Virus record (IMG/VR): IMGVR_UViG_3300046786_000748 | Location: 32,001 to 96,000 of that record | DNA: 64,000 nt | Direction: 5' to 3' (one strand) | Source of the DNA: a virus | Part shown: positions 54,965 to 63,999 of the stretch, in pieces | Numbering within the stretch: the stretch's first letter is position 1 | Layout: every line of letters starts with the position of its first letter | Translations under genes and position numbers: made by a program | Notes under the pieces: generated by a model | The model's input: only the letters and a program-made list of their open reading frames with translations | Database searches by the model: none | What the model was told of the DNA's origin: nothing

Positions 54965-56944
54965 TTACAATACTGTTCCTTTGATATCTACGTCTGGATA
55001 TTTTACTTCAAACACCGATGGGTCTAATGATGAATAAACGATTTTATTTTTAGTAGCCGAATCAATATCATACTCAACTACCGAATAATTTCCGTGATTA
55101 ACATTCTTATTTGTAATCTTAACATTAGCAACTGACTGAACTCCATCAACTTTAGCTATTTCTAACTCTAACTGACTTAAATTTATAGATTGTGAAAAAT
55201 TCCAGAAATCTACATCGAAAAAATTCTTTACTGATGAAATACAACTTTTAAGAACATCTTTTTTGTTATATCCTTTATAGACAAGAATGCTAAACTCTAC
55301 ACCAATGTTAACGACATACCCATCAATAATATTAATACCATCTGTCATCATTCTGAATTTTTTTAGATATTTAATCAAATTTGCTGCAAGAGCATCATTG
55401 ATGGAAGTTAAGTTCTTATTAGAATCATAAGACAAAACATACAAATTTATAGAAAACGGATTGTTTACATCACATGATATTTTTCTAAAATAATTGTTTA
55501 AACTATTATCATAAACGGTAGCAACGTTTTCTGTATCTATTGTTCCTGTCAACATTCTCTTGACATTAATGTTTAAACTATTATTGGTAATTACTTGAGC
55601 TTTGGCAATGGAACCATACCTAGAAGGCATAGAGTAAACTCTGACTAAATAATCGTCTTTAGTAACCGACCTGTTTTGAGTTGGGAAATTCGAAAGAGCA
55701 TTTTGTTTTATTTCAATGTCGGTTTCTGAATCTCTTCCTCCTGTAGCAGGAGTGGTATTGTTTACTTTAAAGGAATTCTTGACAGTGTTTAACAAACTAA
55801 CTTCATCAGGAGTCAATCCGTCATCAGAATTTTCAAACTCTACAGAAAGAACCGTTCTGATATCATTCGACGGACAATTAGATGTAATTCCACCGCCGAT
55901 GACATACTTTACAGTAATTACCGTGTTAGACGGAGCAATTCCATATGATTCATTTTTCATAAAATTGCTTGGGTCAAGCGGAACCCTAGTAATATCAATT
56001 CCCGACAAACCTATACCGACAGATTGGGAACTCATATTTACTATTTCATCAGTAAAACCTTCTGACCCTGCTCCAAACTGTATTGTCGTTTTGTTTTTAT
56101 CATCAACATCAACAATAAATCTTCTTGGTGTTCTGAGATATTTCAAGATATACGGAACAGTATCTTTGTATTGAGATAACATTCCTTCAAACGAAACATC
56201 ATTAGGAACTTCTGTTAAAATCAATTCTTGAGCAAGATAATCGACTTCATACCATTTATTATTGTCGGAATCTCTTACATCCAAAATTTCCAACACATTA
56301 TCTTCATCTAATTGAAGTTTGAGAAAGGATTGAAGTGTTCCCAATGTAAATTCCTTGGTTACAATTTTTCCACTAGAAATTTTTGATGTTTTCTTTACTA
56401 AGAAAAAATTTGGCAAATTAGAATCGTCTCTAGAATAAACCGTTACTTCTCTGGGAGAAAGTAAAGTATCTACAGAAAAATCCACCGAATCCTCCAAAAT
56501 GTAAAATTGATTTGATGAATTTGAAAATTGAGCGTGTTCTCTAATAGAAAGCAAATAATCTGGATCAGGAACATAATTTCCTGTAGAATCCATTATTGCT
56601 GGACAAAGTTGATACAATTCCACTTCCGCAGTAGCAGATTTAGATGGTTTTACCTTATACCCAAGAAACTTCGCTAGAGAAAGAATATTTTTTCTTTCTG
56701 TGGAATTTTGTATCATTCCTTCTTTGAAAGCTTGGTCAGTATAGAATGAAAGAACGTCGCCAACATAGGCTGCCATTTCTATAAACATCATGCCAGGAGA
56801 AGCATCAGAGAAATCTTTGTAGGAATTAGGAAAATATGTCTTAGCAAAGTTTATCAAATCTGTTTTAAGACTGGAAAAATCTTTGTTAACATATTTCACA
56901 TCCTTGCTTCCGGGTTGAAATGATTTTTGTGATGTGGTTGCCAT
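54965..56944 (-). CDS. gp6: Baseplate wedge subunit (T4 gp6-like)
   Basis: KDFSSLK...DFSDASPGMMFIE..AYVGDVLSFY, IQFG, GGRDSET, QNRSVTKDDY. Confidence 0.9.
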   Translation of the reverse strand: MATTSQKSFQPGSKDVKYVNKDFSSLKTDLINFAKTYFPNSYKDFSDASPGMMFIEMAAYVGDVLSFYTDQAFKEGMIQNSTERKNILSLAKFLGYKVKPSKSATAEVELYQLCPAIMDSTGNYVPDPDYLLSIREHAQFSNSSNQFYILEDSVDFSVDTLLSPREVTVYSRDDSNLPNFFLVKKTSKISSGKIVTKEFTLGTLQSFLKLQLDEDNVLEILDVRDSDNNKWYEVDYLAQELILTEVPNDVSFEGMLSQYKDTVPYILKYLRTPRRFIVDVDDKNKTTIQFGAGSEGFTDEIVNMSSQSVGIGLSGIDITRVPLDPSNFMKNESYGIAPSNTVITVKYVIGGGITSNCPSNDIRTVLSVEFENSDDGLTPDEVSLLNTVKNSFKVNNTTPATGGRDSETDIEIKQNALSNFPTQNRSVTKDDYLVRVYSMPSRYGSIAKAQVITNNSLNINVKRMLTGTIDTENVATVYDNSLNNYFRKISCDVNNPFSINLYVLSYDSNKNLTSINDALAANLIKYLKKFRMMTDGINIIDGYVVNIGVEFSILVYKGYNKKDVLKSCISSVKNFFDVDFWNFSQSINLSQLELEIAKVDGVQSVANVKITNKNVNHGNYSVVEYDIDSATKNKIVYSSLDPSVFEVKYPDVDIKGTVL

Positions 56945-56946
56945 AA

Positions 56947-57372
56947 TTAAATTCCGTTAGAATCAATAATCATTTCAATTGTGTCGGTTTTGTTAAGAAC
57001 CTCAACTGTAAATGTTACTGCAACATATATCTTATAAATATCAGTATCGTTGGTTTCTTCGTTCTGATAAAATTTAACATCAACTTTATTTACAATGACA
57101 TTTGGTATCCAATTACCAACGTCTTCTTTTACTATGTTTTTGATATATTCTGGTAATATCTCCGTATTTTGTTCAAACACAGCATTTTGTAGTCTACAAC
57201 CAAACAAAGGTTGCATTCGTCTCTCTCCCGGTCTAGTCCTCAACAAATTGATGATATTAGTCTTTGTAGCAGTAAATGTATCATAAGTCTGTTCAAAAAA
57301 CCCAATACCACTGTTTTGAATTGGTAAGGTCAATCCAATTGGTGTTTTGACTTTTATAGTTGATTGTGGCAT
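56947..57372 (-). CDS. gp25: Baseplate gp25-like protein
   Basis: NIINLLRTRPGERRMQPLFGCRL...WIPNV. Confidence 0.9.
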   Translation of the reverse strand: MPQSTIKVKTPIGLTLPIQNSGIGFFEQTYDTFTATKTNIINLLRTRPGERRMQPLFGCRLQNAVFEQNTEILPEYIKNIVKEDVGNWIPNVIVNKVDVKFYQNEETNDTDIYKIYVAVTFTVEVLNKTDTIEMIIDSNGI

Positions 57373-57375
57373 AAA

Positions 57376-57939
57376 TTACCAACTTTGTATTGCTCCCGAG
57401 AAGTTTCCACTGTGACCTCTTTTAGATTGATCTAAAATAGCTTTAAAATTCTTATTAAAAAGTTTAGATAAATCCGGACCTACTGACGGTTGAATTTCTT
57501 CAACTACTTCTTCGGTTTGAGGTTGATCAATAGAAATGTTAGATTCGTTTAAAATTTCTTTCATTTCACCTAGAAACTCTTTAGAAACTCCTACTTTAGA
57601 AAATTGTGGTAACGGAACTCCTTCATCTATTCCAGTCTGCGGAAGGCCAGGGGTAGTTTCATTCAGAATCGCATTTAAAATTGGGTCTTTAGCATACTTT
57701 TTAACAACTTTTTTCTGTGGTTGTATAGGGGCTGGTGTTTTTCTCGGAACGGGTACAGCATCTGGATCAGAAGCTACATCCTCTCTGACTAATGTTTGTT
57801 GAACAGGTGCAGAAGGTCTTTGACCCAACATTTCGAACAATAACTTTGGTAATTGTTTAGATACTTGACGTTGAACTTCACGTTCAACTTCTTCAAGTAC
57901 GAGTTGTCTAATTACAGCTTTGAATTCGCTTGCTTTCAT
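57376..57939 (-). CDS. Hypothetical protein with helical K-x-x-E-F-K leader
   Basis: MKASEFKAVIRQLVLEEV; DPILNAILNET; TATTTATA at 57951-57944 upstream. Confidence 0.7.
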   Translation of the reverse strand: MKASEFKAVIRQLVLEEVEREVQRQVSKQLPKLLFEMLGQRPSAPVQQTLVREDVASDPDAVPVPRKTPAPIQPQKKVVKKYAKDPILNAILNETTPGLPQTGIDEGVPLPQFSKVGVSKEFLGEMKEILNESNISIDQPQTEEVVEEIQPSVGPDLSKLFNKNFKAILDQSKRGHSGNFSGAIQSW

Positions 57940-57962
57940 GGTTTATAAATATGTGTGTATTC

Positions 57963-59582
57963 TTACGAAGGTCTATAATTTTTCCCCTTAAACCCGCCCG
58001 GGACGCCCGTTCCAGACTTAGTATCTATCTTAACTGGGTCTACACCGTCTTGGATTTTACCACCATCCTTGCCTGGTGCTAATCCACCACCAGTCACAAA
58101 CACTCTTCTACTCATTAGAGTATGTAGTTTATCCCTCAAAGATATCAATGCCTGTTGTTGTACAGGGAGTTGTGTCTGAGAAGGAGATTCTTGACCAGCA
58201 TCTACATGTGAGTGTCTATACCAATGGGTATGTGCAAGTAACCAATTACAAAGTTCATACAACCAATTAACGGTTGTTTGACCCAATAATACAGGTTCGT
58301 CGGTTATATTGTATTCGCCTAAGTAAATTGATGGAGAGTTAATTACAGTTTTTTGATTTGTGTTTAAAACCAATTGGTCATGTGAATCAACTGTAAATTC
58401 GGAATCGGTCACTATTCCGAATCTCTTCTTGGAATACATGAAGGTTTCTGCTAATCTAGAAGACATTATGATTCTATCCGTATTGATAACAATCTGATCC
58501 TTATCCAATTGTGGGAATTTAAACTCAGAACATCCAGATGGTGAGAATGATCCTTGTTCTTCTTTTTTTTCTTCCCACATCTGTTTGTAACACGTAGTTA
58601 CCCACTTCGTAATAGTCTGTCCTGATGTTATAGCAATGGTAGAACCATCATTATTTATGTCTTCCTCAAGAACTCCGCCCACATTTTTCTCTAATTTAGT
58701 TCCGACAGCCGGTGGAAGTTTTTTATGAGCTTTGTAAACCTGTTCATGTTTCAAGATAGGTCGTTGACGATTACGAATAATAATCATCGGATTGCCTCCG
58801 CCAGTAGGTTTCTTAGTAAAAGGATTGTCTATTTCATTGTAGTAATCTTTGTATTCCTTTAATCCAGTGTCGTTTTCTCGTTTATTGTCATACGCAGCAA
58901 AACGAATAGATTGACCGAATCTACTTTCAAACACCAAATCTCCCTCAAATCGTTTTATTGTTCTTATATTCTTATTTACCCAAAAATACCTTCCGACTAC
59001 ACCTTCAAATCCATATCCCCCACTATGCCTAGATTTGGAAGATGGACCTTTAAACTCTGTATTTGGTTCATTTAATTCTCGGTTTCCTTTTTGAATCCCG
59101 TTTTGTGTAAATCCACCAAGTAACTGTTCTAACCCAAACCTTTCATTCGAATGAACGTGGTTATATTGATTCAACTTTCTTGTATAAAAAACTTGATCTA
59201 GGTATTTTACAACAACCACCACTTCATTTATTAATGGATATTCACTTACATTAGATTCTAGTGGATATGCCCAAACCAATTGCTCCTTTTCAACCTTATT
59301 CTGTGTAAAGACAGTTCTGACCAACACTCTTCCAATCCAAGAGTAATCCACATCATCTGGCAACGGTTTCTTGCCTTCCACATCTGAAGGTAACCTGTCA
59401 AAATCAATTTTAGTCAGTTCTTTGTTCTGAAAAATTTTATGGGTTTCATCAAGTATTACATCTAAAACCACAGCCGGTTCGAATTCATAAAATTCATTGC
59501 TGTTAACCGGACTTTGTGATAAATTATCAAATCTATCCAAAGATTGGTAATTCTTAGCCGAAGTTTTTTTCCAATATGACAT
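57963..59582 (-). CDS. Baseplate central spike/hub (gp5/gpV-like)
   Basis: N-terminal OB-fold-like GRV...AYPL...YPLINEVV, EGDLVFESRFGQSIRF, beta-helix repeats, C-terminal HTHWYRHSH. Confidence 0.65.
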   Translation of the reverse strand: MSYWKKTSAKNYQSLDRFDNLSQSPVNSNEFYEFEPAVVLDVILDETHKIFQNKELTKIDFDRLPSDVEGKKPLPDDVDYSWIGRVLVRTVFTQNKVEKEQLVWAYPLESNVSEYPLINEVVVVVKYLDQVFYTRKLNQYNHVHSNERFGLEQLLGGFTQNGIQKGNRELNEPNTEFKGPSSKSRHSGGYGFEGVVGRYFWVNKNIRTIKRFEGDLVFESRFGQSIRFAAYDNKRENDTGLKEYKDYYNEIDNPFTKKPTGGGNPMIIIRNRQRPILKHEQVYKAHKKLPPAVGTKLEKNVGGVLEEDINNDGSTIAITSGQTITKWVTTCYKQMWEEKKEEQGSFSPSGCSEFKFPQLDKDQIVINTDRIIMSSRLAETFMYSKKRFGIVTDSEFTVDSHDQLVLNTNQKTVINSPSIYLGEYNITDEPVLLGQTTVNWLYELCNWLLAHTHWYRHSHVDAGQESPSQTQLPVQQQALISLRDKLHTLMSRRVFVTGGGLAPGKDGGKIQDGVDPVKIDTKSGTGVPGGFKGKNYRPS

Positions 59583-59584
59583 GG

Positions 59585-59962
59585 TTATTTAGGTTCGGGG
59601 GTTTTAACTTCTGGAAGTTTTTCTTTAGTTGACAAATTGACTTCTTTGATGGTTTTTAACAACTGTTCCTTCTCAGCATCACTCAATATACCTCCAGAAT
59701 CTTCTCCGCTTGACTGAGCCGATATAAGTCGTTGAACGACTGCTGCTAATTTTACTAACTCGTCGTCGTTTTTGATTCCTATATCTAAATAAGTTTGAAT
59801 AATTGGAGCCAGAACGATAGCATCATTAATAGTTTTTATTTGGTCACGAAGGTCTGAAATCACTATATCAATTTGATCACGTTTATTTTCCGTATTCGTA
59901 ACAATATCTTTCATCAAATCTTTATATGATTTACCTTCAAAAAGTTCAAATTCTACACTCAT
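59585..59962 (-). CDS. Conserved helical hypothetical protein
   Basis: 125 aa; KNDDELVKLAAVVQR; TATTTATT at 59975-59968 upstream. Confidence 0.7.
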   Translation of the reverse strand: MSVEFELFEGKSYKDLMKDIVTNTENKRDQIDIVISDLRDQIKTINDAIVLAPIIQTYLDIGIKNDDELVKLAAVVQRLISAQSSGEDSGGILSDAEKEQLLKTIKEVNLSTKEKLPEVKTPEPK

Positions 59963-59976
59963 ACGTTAATAAATAG

Positions 59977-60005
59977 AAAACCATACTGAAAATACAGTAT
60001 GGTTT
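59977..60005 (-). terminator. Intrinsic terminator after sigma-like gene
   Basis: AAACCATACTG/CAGTATGGTTT stem with U-tract on minus strand. Confidence 0.75.
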
Positions 60006-60033
60006 GGTGGTTTATAAGACTTTTACGTTAAAA

Positions 60034-60933
60034 TTAAGCTTTAGATAAAGACAAGGAATTAGAGATTGTTCCTGTAGATAAATAGGATTTACTCAAATTT
60101 ATATGACACGTTTTCATTTTATTTATAACCTTAGTAATTTGTTGGGTTTTACAATTGGAGATTTCTCTAATGTATAAATATAAAGCTTTCTTATTGAAAG
60201 CATCAATTCTATCTGACCGTCTAAATAACTCTATAACTGCATTTGCTATATTTAAATCCCTCGGTTTTGTAAAAATCTTATTTACGTTTTGTTCCCAATA
60301 CCCTATCATCAACCGCATAAACTCAGACATTTCTGCTTCTTTATGATATTTGTCTTCGGATTGAAGTTGAATGGTATGTTCTTCTTTCTCCTCGCCAATT
60401 TCTACAGAAGAATTAAATCGTTTGTAATTAGAATTGTTAAGAAATATAAAATAATGTTTAGCTACAATTGAAAAATAAGCAAATGCTTTACCTTTGCTTT
60501 TTTCAAATCTGTGCATGTTTGCTACTAAATGAGAAATGGCCTCTTTTTGAACATCTAACGGACCTGTTTCAAAGTAAGAGAACTTAAACGTATTGAAAAC
60601 ATTTTCAACAAGCTTTTCAAATGGAAATTTAATTCTAGTCTCAAAGATATATTCTCGTTCTTCCATCCCATCTGTGTGATTGTATAATTCTATGGCATCT
60701 TCTGTATCTTGTGTAAAATACATTTTATTAGAAGATTTCTTGCGTTTTCTAGTAGGTTTGACTTCGGCTACAACGGGGTTTGTTTCAACAACAGACGGTT
60801 TTTGTAAAGAAGGTTTTTTAACTCTTTTTTGACTTTTATAACACTTTTTTTCAAACAAACGTTCTTTATTATTTTTTGTTTGTTTCTTGATTTTCTTTGG
60901 TATGTTAAGTTTCTTAGTAATGCGTTTCTTCAT
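60034..60933 (-). CDS. Phage late-transcription sigma factor (gp55-like)
   Basis: Region-2-like LVENV...DVQKEAI...RFEKSKGKAFAYFSIVAKHYF (compare gp55 FD....NPFAYFT); long basic N-terminal tail; start refined to 60933. Confidence 0.6.
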   Translation of the reverse strand: MKKRITKKLNIPKKIKKQTKNNKERLFEKKCYKSQKRVKKPSLQKPSVVETNPVVAEVKPTRKRKKSSNKMYFTQDTEDAIELYNHTDGMEEREYIFETRIKFPFEKLVENVFNTFKFSYFETGPLDVQKEAISHLVANMHRFEKSKGKAFAYFSIVAKHYFIFLNNSNYKRFNSSVEIGEEKEEHTIQLQSEDKYHKEAEMSEFMRLMIGYWEQNVNKIFTKPRDLNIANAVIELFRRSDRIDAFNKKALYLYIREISNCKTQQITKVINKMKTCHINLSKSYLSTGTISNSLSLSKA

Positions 60934-60937
60934 AGAG

Positions 60938-61225
60938 TTATTGTTCAATTCTATCATTCAACCGTTTTAACAAATTGAGTAACTCTGAAAAAACAACACC
61001 TACTTCATCATCTTTAAAGAAAATGCCTTTGTCATCCAGTTTTTTCATCTGGATGTAAGTGGCTCGTATAGCATTTCTAACAGATTCTATCCACTCATCT
61101 GAGTCAATAACTAACTGTTCGTAGTTTTTGACTTTTTTAAGTTGAGCAGACAAAACTCTGTATAAGAATATGTTTATTAGTATAGATAATACTAGTCCTA
61201 CTATAAGCAGCGTTGTTGTTAACAT
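60938..61225 (-). CDS. Small membrane-anchored coiled-coil protein
   Basis: N-terminal hydrophobic helix LLIVGLVLSILINIFLY; D-x-x-G-x-F-x-x-DDEVG motif. Confidence 0.65.
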   Translation of the reverse strand: MLTTTLLIVGLVLSILINIFLYRVLSAQLKKVKNYEQLVIDSDEWIESVRNAIRATYIQMKKLDDKGIFFKDDEVGVVFSELLNLLKRLNDRIEQ

Positions 61226-61227
61226 AA

Positions 61228-61365
61228 TTACTCTTCGTCGGAGTATTTAGAACCGTCAATGTTTTCTTCCAAATACTGTTGAGCCTCTTTTACGAGTTCC
61301 CAATCCCGATTTTCAACTGCCTCTTGTAATATTTCTAATACGTATTCGATATCGTCTCGATTCAT
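61228..61365 (-). CDS. 45-aa acidic hypothetical protein (absent from ORF track)
   Basis: MNRDDIEYVLEILQEAVENRDWELVKEAQQYLEENIDGSKYSDEE*; fills the gap, with its stop 2 nt before the next ATG. Confidence 0.65.
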   Translation of the reverse strand: MNRDDIEYVLEILQEAVENRDWELVKEAQQYLEENIDGSKYSDEE

Positions 61366-61424
61366 ATGAATTGAAAATACATAGTATCAATTATTTACAA
61401 ACGACAATTTTGTTATATGTTCTT

Positions 61425-61453
61425 ACAATAGTACATTTTCATTAACATGTCAA
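61425..61453 (-). promoter_or_regulatory. Sigma70-type promoter TTGACA-17-TATTGT for the unit containing the sigma-like gene
   Basis: -35 at 61453-61448, -10 at 61430-61425. Confidence 0.55.
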
Positions 61454-61456
61454 TCC

Positions 61457-62497
61457 TTATTGTTTGAACATTCGTTTAAAATAACTATCCATTCCTTGCG
61501 GTTCGTTTTTCAAAACAGTTGGATTTTCATTAGATACAATTTCTTGAGGAATATTCGAAACTTCTTCATTTTTAACCTCGTCCTGATTTGTGTGTCTAAT
61601 TTCTTGAATTATAGGTTTGGTTTCTACAGGTCCAACAATTTCAAGTTCTTTCTTCACTTCTGATTCAATAACGGTCGTCGGTTCAATAATTCTATCATCC
61701 TCTCTTCTGTAAACAGCAACATTATAAGCTAAAATTAATGCTATAGCTAACGGATCAAATACAAAAATTAAAGAGACAATAAACCACTTTGCCACCGTAT
61801 CCAAATCGGTTCCCAAAGCATCTGCCAAAAACTTAAAGGTTTGTATATCTTTCTTTTCAGCAGCCCCAAGTTTCATAGTATTAACTTTTTCATCAATACT
61901 CAACATCTGATTTCTAGATTGTTCTATTTTACCATTCTCATTTTTAATATCTTCATTAGCTTGGTCAATCAACTTAATTGTTTGTTGTTGAATCTGTTGG
62001 AGTTGAATTGGATTTCTCGCCAGAAATGTATTGGTTAATGCTTCAGAAAGTCTTGCTTCCTGAACAGTACGAGTTTGATTCAACACTTTTATTCGGTTTT
62101 CTGACAACTGAACTTGGTTTGTATAAAAACCTTTGGAGTGTTCAATTGAAGTAATTCTTTCTTGGTTTAATTTAAACTCCAAAGAAGATTTTTGATAAGC
62201 AGCAGATAAAAATCCAAATATACCAGCAGAAGTGATTACCATCAATGCTATTACAGCTGTAACTAAGTAAAGTTTAACTAATCCTATAGTTTTTTGCCAA
62301 TATCTGTACAGAAATGTAGTAGCAACTAACTTTCCAACTTCTAAACTACCAGCCATAATCATAGCTGAAATTGCTGCTCCCGCAAACAAACTTCCAATAC
62401 CATATACAGAGAAAAACGCTGCACATAGGGCTATTAACAAAGCAGTAAGTCCCAAAAATAATGGAAATCGTTTATTGGTAATTATTAAATCTTTCAT
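61457..62497 (-). CDS. Multi-pass membrane protein with long coiled coil
   Basis: Three N-terminal TM helices (AAFFSVYG, LEVGKLV, ITSAGIFGFLS), coiled coil, TM VFDPLAIAL; TATTTATG at 62510-62503 upstream. Confidence 0.75.
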   Translation of the reverse strand: MKDLIITNKRFPLFLGLTALLIALCAAFFSVYGIGSLFAGAAISAMIMAGSLEVGKLVATTFLYRYWQKTIGLVKLYLVTAVIALMVITSAGIFGFLSAAYQKSSLEFKLNQERITSIEHSKGFYTNQVQLSENRIKVLNQTRTVQEARLSEALTNTFLARNPIQLQQIQQQTIKLIDQANEDIKNENGKIEQSRNQMLSIDEKVNTMKLGAAEKKDIQTFKFLADALGTDLDTVAKWFIVSLIFVFDPLAIALILAYNVAVYRREDDRIIEPTTVIESEVKKELEIVGPVETKPIIQEIRHTNQDEVKNEEVSNIPQEIVSNENPTVLKNEPQGMDSYFKRMFKQ

Positions 62498-62524
62498 ATC
62501 TTCATAAATATGACCACTTAAAAC

Positions 62525-62556
62525 AAAACTCTCCTTCTCAAAAGGAAGGAGAGTTT
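62525..62556 (-). terminator. Intrinsic terminator
   Basis: AAACTCTCCTTC/GAAGGAGAGTTT stem. Confidence 0.8.
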
Positions 62557-62574
62557 ATTGTAAATGGTTTATCG

Positions 62575-63999
62575 TCAATTTTTTTCAACAGGAATTTGGC
62601 TTACATTGTGACCAACCAACTTCTTGCTGCCAAGAACATAAGCTTTTCTATCAACTTCAAGATGTCTGAACAAACCACGTTTCAAAAAGTAAACGTCGTC
62701 TATGCTAATATAGTTGCCACGGGAATCCATTATAAAATCGTGTTGTTTTAACTCGGTGACACGTTTCCACGTATTCTTTTCTACTAACCAAAGATGGCTT
62801 ATATCAACATCGTAGTTTTCTTCGTTGACAACGACTCTCCAAATATCAGCCTCTTCATTGTAAGCGTTAAATACTAAGTTCCAACCGTCTACACCACGAA
62901 GATGCATTCCCTTTTCAACTTTTTCAGCAGGAATAAACCCCAATTCCAACGTTTCGATTTCTTGCCAGATAGCAGGACATCCTCCGCCGCCACCACCTGA
63001 TGGCGGAGTTGTTACTGGATTAGAAGGCGGAGTTACAGGAGGAATCAAAGCCGGTGTCCAAGGTGGAGCCACCGATGAATTAACTAAAATACCATTGTTA
63101 AACGTCAAATACGTTCTACTTGCCACTCCATTTGGATCACTTGTATTGAAGACAATCCAAGTTCCTGAAACACCTTTTAAGTAATTTGCACCATCTTTAA
63201 CATAATATTCAGGAGAAGAAAAAGAACCAATTGTTTCTAATCTTGTTTGTGGTTGAGTAGTACCAATACCAACCTGACCAAGTTTTGTTACATATAACCC
63301 GAGATAAGTTAAATTTGTAGAAGGATTAGTTGCTTCTGTAACAAACATTGGAACAGTATCAGTAGTTGAACCGCTTACATGTAACCTCGCACCTACTCCT
63401 GTTCTTGACATTAAATGACCAACGCCTGCATATTCGTGTACAAACAAAGATCCACTAATATCAACAAGTGTATCATCTAAATTTGGTTTAATTATTACAT
63501 GTTCTCTTCTTCTTTGTAAACCGGATTCATACGTTCTAAACAACCAAGGTTCATCAGCGTCGTAATAATTCTCAAAAATCATTGAACCATGATCCCAACT
63601 TCCATCGTAATATGAAGAACTGAAATAAATTCTACAATCGTCCTGAGCCAATTGATTTGAAAAAATCAACATAGGACTCATTGATTTTTTAATAGAAGAT
63701 TCATCATCTCCGGAAAAAGCAGCACTTCCGGTTATGATTATATGACCACCCATATAAACCATACCCACTTTTAATACATTTTTTGCATTAAATGTATTAA
63801 CCGCTTCGGTTTCATCAGTAGCTCCTATAACAATCATCTGTCCATTATCCCAAACAGTACTGTTTTCAAGTGGTTGATTTACTCCAGTAGAACTCCATTT
63901 GGTAACGTAATTGTCTGTTCCTGTTCCGGAAATACCAACACCGCCTTGAATATTCAATGCAACAGATGCTACTGAAGCTGTTAAAGCATAAGAAGCCGA
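62575..63999 (-). CDS. Tail fibre (5'-truncated) with C-terminal Hint domain
   Basis: Frame is open to the window edge (SASYALTASVASVALN...); GQVGIGTTQP..RL fibre repeat; Pro/Gly linker followed by C...SHLW...GHN. Confidence 0.75.
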   Translation of the reverse strand, partial: SASYALTASVASVALNIQGGVGISGTGTDNYVTKWSSTGVNQPLENSTVWDNGQMIVIGATDETEAVNTFNAKNVLKVGMVYMGGHIIITGSAAFSGDDESSIKKSMSPMLIFSNQLAQDDCRIYFSSSYYDGSWDHGSMIFENYYDADEPWLFRTYESGLQRRREHVIIKPNLDDTLVDISGSLFVHEYAGVGHLMSRTGVGARLHVSGSTTDTVPMFVTEATNPSTNLTYLGLYVTKLGQVGIGTTQPQTRLETIGSFSSPEYYVKDGANYLKGVSGTWIVFNTSDPNGVASRTYLTFNNGILVNSSVAPPWTPALIPPVTPPSNPVTTPPSGGGGGGCPAIWQEIETLELGFIPAEKVEKGMHLRGVDGWNLVFNAYNEEADIWRVVVNEENYDVDISHLWLVEKNTWKRVTELKQHDFIMDSRGNYISIDDVYFLKRGLFRHLEVDRKAYVLGSKKLVGHNVSQIPVEKN

